Assembly (NCBI GenBank): GCA_041738505.1
Contig: JBGSPQ010000010.1
Coordinates: 5,553 to 69,552, forward strand
Length of the DNA stretch: 64,000 nt
Direction: 5' to 3'
DNA from: Candidatus Altimarinota bacterium
Lineage (GTDB): Bacteria; Patescibacteriota; Gracilibacteria; UBA1369
How positions within the stretch are numbered: the first letter of the stretch is position 1; each line of letters begins with the position of its first letter. The position numbers and the translations under genes were made by a program. Below the pieces are notes generated by a model. It was not told the DNA's origin. It searched no databases and saw only the letters and a list, made by a program, of their open reading frames with translations. Below, in pieces: positions 53,236-63,338 of this stretch.

Positions 53236-54336
53236 AACATCGTAAGTCTGGCGCGCCGCTTTTTCCCATTCAAAACGCGCCACCTGCTTTTCACCTTTGT
53301 TGATCAGCTGATTAACAAAAAATCCGTCGCTTGCCAGCCTTTTTAATCCCACCCCAATCTCCTCCACTTTTTCCGGATCAACCAGAAAAGCCGCGTCCCC
53401 GGCCACCTCCGGCATGGAAGACACCTTGGAAGTCAGAACCGGCCTGCGCATCGCAAAACCCTCCAACACCGGCAGACCGAAACCCTCGTACAAAGATGGG
53501 AAAGCCACAATCCGGCAGGCGCTCATTAAAAAAAGTTTTTCACGTTCGGTAACGTACCCCGGCATAATCACATTATCCGTCAGTCCAAAGCGCGAAACCG
53601 CTTCCACAATTTCTTCATGGCCCACCCCGTTTTTCCCCGCCAGCACCAGCTTCCAGTCCGGAAACTCCTTTAAAAACCGCGAAAAACCCTCAATCAACCG
53701 CACCAGATTTTTCTTGCTTTCCAGCCTGCCAACGTAAAAAATGAACAAATCATCATCCTTAAGCCCAAAACGCTTAATCTGCTTTTCCTTTTCCAGCGAG
53801 TTAAACTGCAGAATTTTGGGATACTCCGGCGCTCCGTGGGGAATCACCACAATCTTGTTCTGCGGGCAGTTGTATAGATTTACCAGATCTTTTTTAGTGG
53901 CTTCGCTGGGCACAATAATCTTCCAGCTCTTTTTGACCGCGCGCCTTGTGGAAAGCTCCAGCATCCAATACTGGGAAAACGAGTAGCAATGTTTAAAATA
54001 ACGAAAGGCCACATCGTGAATGGTAATCACCGACTTTGCGGGCAGAATAAGCGGCAAAGTGTGTGAAGGTACAAAAAGTCTGTCCACCGGATGCCTCAAC
54101 AGCTCATAACTAAGCCTAAAAATCGTCCAGAATCGCCGCGCCCCAATCACCCGCGGTTTCACATTAAATGGCAGATCGGCCGCGAACTTAATCTCACGCG
54201 GGCTGTACAAAAAAGCCTTGGACGTATGCTCCCGCCCCAGCAGGGGAATCAGCTCGTTAAGCAGATGGTAGCTGTACCACTCAACACCGGTGGCTTCGGG
54301 TCCTCCGTAGCGTGATGCGTCAATTCCTATTTTCAT
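53224..54336 (-). CDS. GT4-family glycosyltransferase
   Basis: C-terminal EGFGLPVLEGFAMRRPV motif and a two-Rossmann layout. Confidence 0.75.
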   Translation of the reverse strand: MKIGIDASRYGGPEATGVEWYSYHLLNELIPLLGREHTSKAFLYSPREIKFAADLPFNVKPRVIGARRFWTIFRLSYELLRHPVDRLFVPSHTLPLILPAKSVITIHDVAFRYFKHCYSFSQYWMLELSTRRAVKKSWKIIVPSEATKKDLVNLYNCPQNKIVVIPHGAPEYPKILQFNSLEKEKQIKRFGLKDDDLFIFYVGRLESKKNLVRLIEGFSRFLKEFPDWKLVLAGKNGVGHEEIVEAVSRFGLTDNVIMPGYVTEREKLFLMSACRIVAFPSLYEGFGLPVLEGFAMRRPVLTSKVSSMPEVAGDAAFLVDPEKVEEIGVGLKRLASDGFFVNQLINKGEKQVARFEWEKAARQTYDVLFG

Positions 54337-54394
54337 AATCGGTATCGCGTTATTTCTGACACCGGATGCGGTTCCGGCAACCCATTATACATAC

Positions 54395-55069
54395 TCAGCA
54401 TACCCGCGCCAGCACAATTGCGTAAACCTTTTTACAGCCCGCGTTTTTAAGCGTCAGCGCGCATTCGTTCAAAGTGGAAAGAGTTGTCGCCACATCATCA
54501 ACCAGAAAAACGCATTTGCCCGAAAGACTCAAAATCGTATCTTCAAAATCCTTATCAATCACAAAAGCCCCGCGGATGTTTTTTATCCTGTCTTCGCGCT
54601 TCAGCTCCATCTGCGCTATTCGAAAGTGAATTCGCTTAAGCGGATAAATCACATTAATTCCACAAATCGTTCCAACCCTTTTTGCCAGCAGATCCGATTG
54701 GTTAAATCCCCTCCATTTAAACCTTTTCTTATGAAGCGGCACCGGGCAAAGCACTGCATCGTCTCTATTAAGCGATTCATTCATTTTTTCCGCCATCAAC
54801 CGCCCCAGCGGTATAAAAAGTTCCTTAATCAAATCATATTTAAAAGAGTGGATCAGCCTTGCCGGAAGAGAATGATCTTCATATCTATAAACCGCCATTA
54901 TCCCATCCAAAGGGGAATCTTTTGGGATTGAGATTTGGTCGGCCGTCATCATTTTTTGCAGTGATTTAAAGCATTTATCGCATACAAAAGCCCCCTCCAG
55001 ACCGCAATTAAGACAAAACGCCGGAAAAAACAAATCCTTCAGAAATCCTATAAAAATATCTTTCAACAT
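54395..55069 (-). CDS. comFC: ComF-family protein (zinc-ribbon plus phosphoribosyltransferase domain)
   Basis: N-terminal CLNC..C..C zinc ribbon. PRTase loop VFLVDDVATTLSTL. Confidence 0.75.
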   Translation of the reverse strand: MLKDIFIGFLKDLFFPAFCLNCGLEGAFVCDKCFKSLQKMMTADQISIPKDSPLDGIMAVYRYEDHSLPARLIHSFKYDLIKELFIPLGRLMAEKMNESLNRDDAVLCPVPLHKKRFKWRGFNQSDLLAKRVGTICGINVIYPLKRIHFRIAQMELKREDRIKNIRGAFVIDKDFEDTILSLSGKCVFLVDDVATTLSTLNECALTLKNAGCKKVYAIVLARVC

Positions 55070-55169
55070 AATTTAGCCCTTTACTCAATTAAAACATCTG
55101 CTAAAATAACTAATGCCATAAACGGATTAAGGAATTCTAAAAAAATGCTTAAATCCGCGGGCGGCCCAA

Positions 55170-55246
55170 GGAGTTATAGCTCAGTTGGCTAGAGCGCAGC
55201 ATTGACATTGCTGAGGTCGGAGGTTCGACTCCTCCTAACTCCACCA
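55170..55246 (+). tRNA. tRNA-Val (anticodon GAC), CCA encoded
   Basis: GGAGTTATAGCTCAGTTGGCTAGAGCGCAGCATTGACATTGCTGAGGTCGGAGGTTCGACTCCTCCTAACTCCACCA folds as a cloverleaf. The anticodon loop is TTGACAT. Confidence 0.92.
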
Positions 55247-55276
55247 TTAGACACTCAACAACCATTAACAAACCAT

Positions 55277-55789
55277 ATGCCAGACGATACAAATCAACAG
55301 GGAGCCGGTCAGGGAGCTTCACCGCAGGGCGGCATGCCCGGAGCAGGTGACATGGGGGGATTTATGGGTGGATTTCCGCCTCCTCCTCCGCCAAAGGAAG
55401 AAGATAAGACTCCGGCCAATTACAAAATCGGACAGCATCTGCCAAAAATGATAAATGTGGTCATTCCGGCTCACAACCTTTCTTTTGACGAGCAGTATTT
55501 TCTGCATCTGCTTGCCGGATCCATCTCATTGGCCAAAGACGAAAAGAAACGAATTATTGAGTCAATTCCCAAATTAAGGCAAGAGCAGGTGGACGAACTT
55601 ATCCGCATTTTTGAAGAGGAGAGAGCCAAATTCGCCGAACTTTCCGCCAAACACGTGGAACAATTAAAGAAGCTGGAAAAACAGCATTTGGCTGATTGGC
55701 AGGACATAGAGCTGGAGCAGAAAGCCGGGGAAAAGCAGCAGGCCGACGAAGACGAGGCGGATAAAATCCGCAAACAGTTGGGGCTGTAG
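55277..55789 (+). CDS. Hypothetical low-complexity plus coiled-coil protein (paralogue of 34855-35421)
   Basis: The track ORF 55202 starts inside the tRNA; the first ATG after the tRNA is 55277 (MPDDTNQQGAGQ). It has a G/P-rich N-terminus, then DEQYFLHLLAGSISLAKDEKKRIIESIPKLRQEQVDELIRIFEEE, then a coiled coil. Confidence 0.5.
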   Translation: MPDDTNQQGAGQGASPQGGMPGAGDMGGFMGGFPPPPPPKEEDKTPANYKIGQHLPKMINVVIPAHNLSFDEQYFLHLLAGSISLAKDEKKRIIESIPKLRQEQVDELIRIFEEERAKFAELSAKHVEQLKKLEKQHLADWQDIELEQKAGEKQQADEDEADKIRKQLGL

Positions 55790-55838
55790 AGGGGTTATCT
55801 AAAAAGTTTGTATTCCATTCCGGTTTACATCGGGCATT

Positions 55839-55866
55839 TTGCATATAGATAGAAATATGTTATAAT
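55839..55866 (+). promoter_or_regulatory. Promoter TTGCAT-16-TATAAT
   Basis: TTGCAT 55839-55844 and TATAAT 55861-55866, 50 nt before ATG 55917. Confidence 0.5.
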
Positions 55867-55916
55867 TATATGAATAGTATTTCATTGCATATTTTACTTA
55901 AAATTGGATTAACAAA

Positions 55917-56351
55917 ATGCAGGAATCACAAGCAACAGAAGATTCGGATATAAAAAATTTTCTTCCCGCTACCGTTCGAGATGTGAATTCAACAGATATT
56001 TCCGATATCGAACCTTTGGACGATTTACATTATGTAGAGGATCGAAGAGAAATAACAAATACCGCGGTTCATAATGTTACCCGTGCAAGCGCAAGTGAAC
56101 AGCAAATAAAAAGTCGTACTGCCGAATATGTACGCAGAAGAGAGTATACGGAAGTTTTTTTCCCGGTGATGGATATTGAACAGGCCCTTATGAGAACCGG
56201 TATTGGGAATGAAGTGATTTCAGATTTGATCAATATCATAAAAGTTGGCAGGCAGAATGTGTTTCCACCGGGGTTTGTTATTGAAAAAAAAGGTAAGCGA
56301 TTCTTGAATTTGGCCGTTTTAAGCGGAGAAGATCCTGAATTATTGGAGTAG
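55917..56351 (+). CDS. Hypothetical protein (144 aa) preceding the giant gene
   Basis: ATG start. Same strand as the giant ORF and about 40-55 nt upstream of it. No motif recognised. Confidence 0.5.
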   Translation: MQESQATEDSDIKNFLPATVRDVNSTDISDIEPLDDLHYVEDRREITNTAVHNVTRASASEQQIKSRTAEYVRRREYTEVFFPVMDIEQALMRTGIGNEVISDLINIIKVGRQNVFPPGFVIEKKGKRFLNLAVLSGEDPELLE

Positions 56352-56390
56352 CTTAAAAGTGTTCACGGTGCCTATGAGCTGTTTGTTGCT

Positions 56391-59300
56391 TTGGATAGGG
56401 ATCTGATGATGCAGGGTAAACATTCTGTGCATCTTTTGAATTTTAAGAAAAAAAGAATTGAAGTCGCCGAAAGAATGTCTGCCGAAGTCAGAAAGTACGG
56501 AAGACAAGCGATCGACCTTGAATATGAGCTTGCCGGATTGGATACGTGTCATTCTTTTCAAAGCGAGGAGATTAAAGAGAGTTGTCTGATTTTGCAGAAT
56601 TATTGTCAGGCGATAATGGACAAAATCAGTGCGGTATCGGGACTAAAAAATGTGAAACCAAAAATATATTTGACCAGGTCGATGACAGCCAATGCCTTTG
56701 TATGGGCAGAGCATGGGGAGGAAGGAATAAAGGATTTATTGGAATTGGCACGGGCGGGCAAAGAGGTTGAATTACCGGTTTTTGTTCATGCGGGGCTGGT
56801 GCAGTCATTAAGATATGATGATGAGTTGGCCGGAATTTTTGCGCATGAATTGACACATTTAATGCAGCCCGCATATAACAGGCAAAATTCGGATCAGGAA
56901 AAACAGAGGTTGGAATATGATGCGGATAAAAACGCTCTTCATCTTACCGATGCCGCCGGCTTTAACCCCCGCGGGTTATTATCATGTTTTGAATCCCACA
57001 ATAATCGGGATATTGTTTCAAGCCTCGGTATGTCTTCGCATCCCGCAACCGAATCAAGAATCACCGAGCTGGAAAAGGAATATCATCGCAAGGATCTGCC
57101 ATTGATTAACAGTGGTAAAAGCATGAAACATTTGCCGGAGAATATGTCAGAGGCCGTTAATGCGCTTGAAAAAGCTCAATCGTTAAAAACAAACGATATT
57201 GATTTATCAGAATTGGAAAGAAAAGAAAAATTGGATGAATATTTGGAGCAAAATTCGGGTGCGGATTTGTATTTCAGAAAAGGGTTTAATGGTTCAATTC
57301 ATTCAATAGCTAACAGCAGATTAATAGAGGAGGCGATTCATCAGGAACTGGTGCATGGAACATTGGGACATCGGGCGAGAATGTTAAATGCCTTGAGCTG
57401 TTTTTTAGCCGGTTTACAGCTAAAAGCGGTAAATACCGATCCCGATGTGCGTTACGATTTTGAAAATCCTAAAAGTTACCGGAGTGATATTGGTGCGGTT
57501 CCCGATCTTGATGAATATTTTAATGCTCCAAAAGAGGAGAAATATATCAGTGATTCGGACAATCTTAAAAATTATGAGTTAAACGGAGCCGTTGAAACAT
57601 TCACAAACCTGGAAGAGGAAATGAAGGCACTGGGTTTGGAAACGGAAATTGGCAAATTTCCCAAAACCATTGAAGAGTGGATAAACATGGACAATGAATA
57701 TACCGACCTTTTTTGGAAGCTGTATGATGAAAATGGAGTTCACGACAAGAAGCAACGGTTAAACATCTTAATGGGTGTAATGAGGGTTTATATGACAATG
57801 CCATCGGTCGAAAAGGTCTGCAAAATCGAAAAGGTGACCCGGTATGTGATTAAAAGAAAAGAACCTATCGAACCAAAACCGGAGGGGGTGCTGCAAATGC
57901 TCCCTGAAAGGTTGCGCACGCAAAAAAGAAAAAACGATTTGGAAATTGAGTACGAGGACGTTGAAGTGAAGAAAGAAAAGAAGGAGTCATTATTCAGCTC
58001 ATACGCGAGCGGATTGAATTTACCTCATGGCATGAGAAAAATAGATTATATGGATCAGGCTCCGCTGATAAGGGGTCTGGCCAGGACTCTGCATGATAAA
58101 TCCATTGATGCATATCGGGAAATTTTGACTCTGGACGGTGTGGGGCAGGTTGATCCCAAAGTGTTGGAATTCATTTTGCTCAATTTTTATAACAATTCTA
58201 ACGGAGTCAGTTCAAATCAAGGAGTATTACTGGATGGGTTGGACAATCCAACAATTACGTTTTTGGATCAGGTGGTGAGGGTTTTGGAGTCAAAAAACCT
58301 ATGCAGGAGTTTTTCGGATCCCATAATAGGTAATTTCGGTATTCAGAATTCGCATGCACAGGCATACATTATGGTGATAGCATTCGGGTTGAAACCAAAA
58401 AATGAGCAAGAAAAGGAAATTAGAGAAAACTATCTGAAAAGAGTGATGGTTGATCCTTTTTTAGGCGGCAACAGGGGGGAGACACCCACCTATATATTGT
58501 ATCTTAAGACTGACGATCGGATGCTTGAGCATTTTGATGAGGAGTTTGTTCAAGCTGAACCATGGAGAGGGGATAACTATGATTTGAGTATTATTAATTT
58601 GAGAAGTGTAGCTCCAAGTGTTAGCGCTCATTGGATAATCAATAAAGAGCGGTTTTTGGCAGAAATGCAAAGCGTTTTAAATGGTGGGGAAAGCGGTGCG
58701 GGACTGGAAATCAAAGAAGATGTACGTAAGAAAATAAAAACAAAGATATTAAGAGCGGTTGAGAAAAAACCCCTGCTTAATAGAATGGTAAGTAAAGCCG
58801 ATGACAAAAAAGAACGTGAAATGTTAATTGATGATTTAATGGGTTTATCGGCATTAATGGGAAGGTATGTGGATAAAACCTATGAAGATGTATTGCCAAA
58901 TCATGATTCGGTTAAGGCTATGTTTAAAAAGGAACAGCAATGGTATTCATCTGTTGGGAGCAATCCCGGTCCCGACATTGTAAGGTTTATGGTGAAGGAG
59001 ATCGCAAAAGTTTTTGATGTTTCAACTCTTCGAAAGCATGTTAGGGCTACGGACAAGGATCAATCGGATGAAGATTTGCTCTTCTCCGTATTCGCAAAAA
59101 TGACCTCGGTGGATGATAGGTTGGAAAGGTATCAGGAAGTTACATATTTAAGCAATGAGGCTCATGGGAATGTCGCCCTGGATGAGTTTGTTTATGAATA
59201 TGGTGGTTGGAAAGCATCATACGAACGTTATGATGTTGACGATTTGAAAGGGGCGAGATACCTTTTATATAGAAAAAAAGATTTACCTACGGGTTCCGAA

Positions 59301-62300
59301 GCCGGTATAGACGAAGAGACCCTTTATAAATGGTTGGAAGCATTGGCCGTGACCCGTCCCAAAGCCGCCGAGCTGCTTAAATATCTGAAACGTGATGATG
59401 TAATAATCTATTCTGATGTGATGCGTTTTTGTATGGGCAGTTTTATCGGGTTTAAGAAACTGGGTGAATCACTGGATTTGAAATACAGTGAGGTAAAGAA
59501 AAGAAAAAATGAGATTCGCAAAGGTATAAAAATTGCGCGCCTTTGCGGTGCAATTTATCATGACAAGTGGAAAAATATTGAAGGTTTTAAGCGGATGGAT
59601 GAGCAACTAAGTAACTGGGAGTGGGTTTATGATAATCCGTTTTTTGGGGAAGTTACACCTGATAAAAAAGAGGGCGGCAGTAAAGATAACAAAGCATTTA
59701 TTTATTCCCTTTTAGAAAAGCATGGATCAGCATTGGGGAAATATTATCGATGTGAAACCGGGCATGGGATCGAGTTCTCCTGGCCGCTTCTGATGATTGA
59801 TCTTTGGAATGGTGATTTGGATTTGAAGTTTATTGAAGATGATCAGGAACGGGAAAATGTAAAAAAGATGTTGGATATTGTTTTAGAGAAGATGAAAGAA
59901 ATAGTTGCGGATAAATCCAATCTTGCAGTTGTCATAGCGATGCAGCCGGGGTTTTTCAGGGAATTCATTATAAAAGAAAAGATGAAATTGATTGGCGTGA
60001 AAGATACAGTGGAAGAATTACATGAATGGATGCCTCAATTTTCATCTTTGGCGCATGAGGCCAGTGAAAACAATCAGATTTCGAGTCAGGTGGAAAATGT
60101 GCGGCGGGAAATTGTTAAAAAGAGAAAGGAGGCACTGATTGCGGAGGCCATTGAGTATGTATTGCCGGACACCGTCAGTGATGAAGTAAAAGGCGCAATA
60201 ATTGCATCAACCGGCCGATTAAATAAAATGATGGTCGAAATGGATTGCGATATACATGTTGCTAATAAAAAAGAGCTGAGGGATAAAAACGGCGACATGA
60301 CTGAAGTTGGCAAGACTGCAATCGAGATATCGGAGCGGTACAGGGATGCAATTTTGGAACGATACAAATTGCTGATGGAAATGGAGGTTCAACAGATGTC
60401 AGAGGAGGATTCCGTGGATGAAGAGGATGTATATTTGTTTTCTGATCATGTTATTGAAAATGATAAAAGCAGGTTGGAAGTGGGGCCGGTGTATAGATTC
60501 CAGATTGGAGCACAGCCTTTGATGGATTGGCATGTCAATAAACTTCGAGCGGCCGGCTCGGTTGGTGAAATGAGGGATTGTGCAAAAAAAGTTGATGAAT
60601 TTTTTCCCGATAGACACCCGCTAAAAGACATTTACCTGAAAAATCAGTTAAATCTTGAGCTGTGGCGGATCTTGAGTGATGAAATTGGTGAGATGCAGTT
60701 GGCGGAAATGGGCATAGCTTTAACGGAAAAGAAAATTGATTTAGATAAAGATTTGTCTCATTTTCCCTTATATAAGAATGTAGTGTTTTTAAAACATTAT
60801 TCCGTCTTTAAATTGGAGGGTTTACTTGATAAGTTCCAAAATTTACCGGCAACCACGGTTTCCGGCATCATGGGGAGACTTGCTTATTACATTGAAGAAA
60901 AAGTAAGCGAGGCCTCAAAGCCGGGCATGAGAAGACTGCTGTTTTTGATGGAAGAAAAAGCCGTATGGCCGTCAATTTTAAGTAGAAGAGATAGTGATCC
61001 GGAGATTTTTGAAAAATATTTGAGTCACATTGAAAGGTTTTTCCCCAATCCCTCTTTGGAAAAAGATAATCTGCTGGAAACAATTATGATGGATTTGGCC
61101 TTGAATCAGGCAGAGGTGAACAAAGCCCTCAACTTAAGGTATGCGGAGCAGGTTTTATTGCCGGAACAGAAGGAATCTTTAGCATTAAAAGCACAATATC
61201 AAGCTTTTGAAAAAATAAGGTTCTATGTTTCGAATATGGATCGAATTGAGAGGGCTGAATTTGTACTGTGGCTTATGGGGGGAGAGCCGCCCCTGGCCAA
61301 CACTCTTTCAATTAAGAGCACAGGTATTTCTTTGGATGGAAGAAAAGAGGTTTTCTGGCAAATGACACCCAATGAAAGAAGAAATTTGTTATATGAGATT
61401 TTGCAGGACAATAATGGTTTGTTCAGGGAATATTCTTCCTATGGTTATGGAACCCCCGAGCCCAGGCCCTTTCCGATGGAGGTGAAAAATGACAGCATGA
61501 TGAGATATCTAGTTGAGGAAATTTTTGAGATCACGTTTAAGGGTCTCTTAATAAATGAAAAATTACCTGCCGATCATGAAGAGAATATAAAGGGGCGGGA
61601 TATTTTAAAAACAATATTTGAAGGACTATTTATTCATCAGCAAGATCCCGTTCGCAGGACGGAGTTGTTACTGAATATTATTGAAGCGATTGGGACAGCC
61701 AGAAAAAAAGGCGAGAAGCTGGGAACACCGGAATTAATCAGGTTGATGGCCGAGCAGGGGGGTGTTGTTATTGTTAAATTTTCACAGGTTTTATCCGAAC
61801 AGCCGGACTTATTGCCGGCATCCATCAAGGAAGCATTAAGTGATTTGAAAGATAGTGCGACCGTTGTATCAAAGAGGTCCGATTATGCATATTTACAGGC
61901 GACGGGATGGTTAAGGGATAATGTGGATGGCATAGCCGAAGTTGGTAAGAGCATAGGAAGCGCGTCAATTAAACAGTGTAGAAAAGGTGTTTTGAAAAGC
62001 GGTCAGCCGGTTGCCATAAAAACCAAGAAACCGAGTATAGAGAAATATTATAAGGAGGATTTACAGGTGGTTGGGAAAATACTTTCTTCTTTGGAAGAGA
62101 AATATGAAATTCCTTCTTATTTAATTACAGAGGTTGAAAAGGTGATCCATGAGGAACTGGATTTTGGACGCGAGGTTGATAATCATTTGGCGCTTCGGGA
62201 ATCCTTGATAGAAAGAAAAACGGCTATGTCGGTGGAAGTCGCTAACCGGGACTATTCTTTTCCGATTGAAGTGGTCGCGCCGGTTGCAATTTATCCAAAC

Positions 62301-63137
62301 TCTTCGGCAAATGATGCCGGGGTCGGTTTAATGGTGGAGGAATTTGCCCGCGGACTATCCTTAAATGAAATTCAGAAATTTCAGAAGGCCGTTCGAGAAA
62401 ACAATATTGAAGTGTTGCAAAAAATCAGAAAGAGAATTTATGAAGTATATCCGCAGCAGGCACAGGAAATTGAGGATAAAATCAAGAAATTGGATCTGGA
62501 ACATTTTCAATCCGGAATGGCTTTGGAATTACTTAAACAAATAATGAAGGGTGGAGTTTTTCACGCCGATCTTCATGCCGGGAATATATTTCTTGATTTA
62601 TTGCCCTGTTCAAGAGACGGGGAAATCCATCAGGGAAAAGTTGTTCTTATTGATTTGGGTAGCATGGGGTATTCGAACTATGAAAAAATGCCAAAGGCGG
62701 TACGGCAAGATGTGGAAGAAGGATTTGATGTTAGAGAGGAATTCAAAGATTTTTTGAGTGCTCTTTTTTCACAAAGCGGGCATACGGATAAAATTGCGGA
62801 AATTATCAACAAGTTTACAGGTCTGAAATGGACTGATAAATCCGTTTCGGCATTGATCGGTAAAGGTTTGTCGACTCAACAGAAGGTAAAAAAGATATTT
62901 TATGAGATTTTGAAAGATTGCAAGGATTCAAACGCAGAAATTGATATGCAGTTTAGATATTTTTTGAAAGCGATAGCTACTTCGGCTGATCATTTGGATA
63001 ATTTGAAGAATAAGTTGATGCAGGAAATGATGTACATGATGTCTCAAGGTGGGCAGATCTCCAATGAAGAGAGGGACAAGATGTTTTATACGATTTTACA
63101 GAATGAGCGGTTGTTAAACTTTGGATTAATATTTTAG
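56391..63137 (+). CDS. Giant (about 2243-2248 aa) multidomain protein: N-terminal M48-type zinc metalloprotease, long helical middle, C-terminal UbiB/ABC1-type atypical protein-kinase-like domain
   Basis: The ORF starts at TTG 56391; the first ATG is 56406. IFAHELTHLMQP (HExxH codons at 56844-56858), LEYDADKNALHLTDAAGFNP and SSHPATESRI make the M48 pattern. GVVIVKFSQVLSEQPDLLP, VAIKTKKPS, EELDFGREVDN, GVFHADLHAGNIFLD and VLIDLGSMG make the UbiB/ABC1 pattern (~61720-62800). No TM segment or signal peptide is seen. Confidence 0.8.
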   Translation: MDRDLMMQGKHSVHLLNFKKKRIEVAERMSAEVRKYGRQAIDLEYELAGLDTCHSFQSEEIKESCLILQNYCQAIMDKISAVSGLKNVKPKIYLTRSMTANAFVWAEHGEEGIKDLLELARAGKEVELPVFVHAGLVQSLRYDDELAGIFAHELTHLMQPAYNRQNSDQEKQRLEYDADKNALHLTDAAGFNPRGLLSCFESHNNRDIVSSLGMSSHPATESRITELEKEYHRKDLPLINSGKSMKHLPENMSEAVNALEKAQSLKTNDIDLSELERKEKLDEYLEQNSGADLYFRKGFNGSIHSIANSRLIEEAIHQELVHGTLGHRARMLNALSCFLAGLQLKAVNTDPDVRYDFENPKSYRSDIGAVPDLDEYFNAPKEEKYISDSDNLKNYELNGAVETFTNLEEEMKALGLETEIGKFPKTIEEWINMDNEYTDLFWKLYDENGVHDKKQRLNILMGVMRVYMTMPSVEKVCKIEKVTRYVIKRKEPIEPKPEGVLQMLPERLRTQKRKNDLEIEYEDVEVKKEKKESLFSSYASGLNLPHGMRKIDYMDQAPLIRGLARTLHDKSIDAYREILTLDGVGQVDPKVLEFILLNFYNNSNGVSSNQGVLLDGLDNPTITFLDQVVRVLESKNLCRSFSDPIIGNFGIQNSHAQAYIMVIAFGLKPKNEQEKEIRENYLKRVMVDPFLGGNRGETPTYILYLKTDDRMLEHFDEEFVQAEPWRGDNYDLSIINLRSVAPSVSAHWIINKERFLAEMQSVLNGGESGAGLEIKEDVRKKIKTKILRAVEKKPLLNRMVSKADDKKEREMLIDDLMGLSALMGRYVDKTYEDVLPNHDSVKAMFKKEQQWYSSVGSNPGPDIVRFMVKEIAKVFDVSTLRKHVRATDKDQSDEDLLFSVFAKMTSVDDRLERYQEVTYLSNEAHGNVALDEFVYEYGGWKASYERYDVDDLKGARYLLYRKKDLPTGSEAGIDEETLYKWLEALAVTRPKAAELLKYLKRDDVIIYSDVMRFCMGSFIGFKKLGESLDLKYSEVKKRKNEIRKGIKIARLCGAIYHDKWKNIEGFKRMDEQLSNWEWVYDNPFFGEVTPDKKEGGSKDNKAFIYSLLEKHGSALGKYYRCETGHGIEFSWPLLMIDLWNGDLDLKFIEDDQERENVKKMLDIVLEKMKEIVADKSNLAVVIAMQPGFFREFIIKEKMKLIGVKDTVEELHEWMPQFSSLAHEASENNQISSQVENVRREIVKKRKEALIAEAIEYVLPDTVSDEVKGAIIASTGRLNKMMVEMDCDIHVANKKELRDKNGDMTEVGKTAIEISERYRDAILERYKLLMEMEVQQMSEEDSVDEEDVYLFSDHVIENDKSRLEVGPVYRFQIGAQPLMDWHVNKLRAAGSVGEMRDCAKKVDEFFPDRHPLKDIYLKNQLNLELWRILSDEIGEMQLAEMGIALTEKKIDLDKDLSHFPLYKNVVFLKHYSVFKLEGLLDKFQNLPATTVSGIMGRLAYYIEEKVSEASKPGMRRLLFLMEEKAVWPSILSRRDSDPEIFEKYLSHIERFFPNPSLEKDNLLETIMMDLALNQAEVNKALNLRYAEQVLLPEQKESLALKAQYQAFEKIRFYVSNMDRIERAEFVLWLMGGEPPLANTLSIKSTGISLDGRKEVFWQMTPNERRNLLYEILQDNNGLFREYSSYGYGTPEPRPFPMEVKNDSMMRYLVEEIFEITFKGLLINEKLPADHEENIKGRDILKTIFEGLFIHQQDPVRRTELLLNIIEAIGTARKKGEKLGTPELIRLMAEQGGVVIVKFSQVLSEQPDLLPASIKEALSDLKDSATVVSKRSDYAYLQATGWLRDNVDGIAEVGKSIGSASIKQCRKGVLKSGQPVAIKTKKPSIEKYYKEDLQVVGKILSSLEEKYEIPSYLITEVEKVIHEELDFGREVDNHLALRESLIERKTAMSVEVANRDYSFPIEVVAPVAIYPNSSANDAGVGLMVEEFARGLSLNEIQKFQKAVRENNIEVLQKIRKRIYEVYPQQAQEIEDKIKKLDLEHFQSGMALELLKQIMKGGVFHADLHAGNIFLDLLPCSRDGEIHQGKVVLIDLGSMGYSNYEKMPKAVRQDVEEGFDVREEFKDFLSALFSQSGHTDKIAEIINKFTGLKWTDKSVSALIGKGLSTQQKVKKIFYEILKDCKDSNAEIDMQFRYFLKAIATSADHLDNLKNKLMQEMMYMMSQGGQISNEERDKMFYTILQNERLLNFGLIF

Positions 63138-63148
63138 CCCCCCCTCCA

Positions 63149-63243
63149 CCTCTGAGGTTGATTGAGATGGCTTAAATAAGCCCTTTTAGATTTAGGCGAT
63201 CGCAGAAGAAAGCCGTTTTTTCAACGTGAATCAACCTCAAAGG
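63149..63243. repeat. 15-bp inverted repeat (14/15) separated by 65 nt just downstream of the giant gene
   Basis: CCTCTGAGGTTGATT (63149-63163) and AATCAACCTCAAAGG (63229-63243). An internal small hairpin GGCTT-AAAT-AAGCC plus CTTTT could act as the terminator. Confidence 0.5.
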
Positions 63244-63338
63244 TTAAAGATAGTAGTAAAATAGCTTTGACAAAATAGCAAGAAAGTGTTACAAATATAC
63301 TCCACGTGTAATGATTAGTGGCAATAACCATTTAAACA

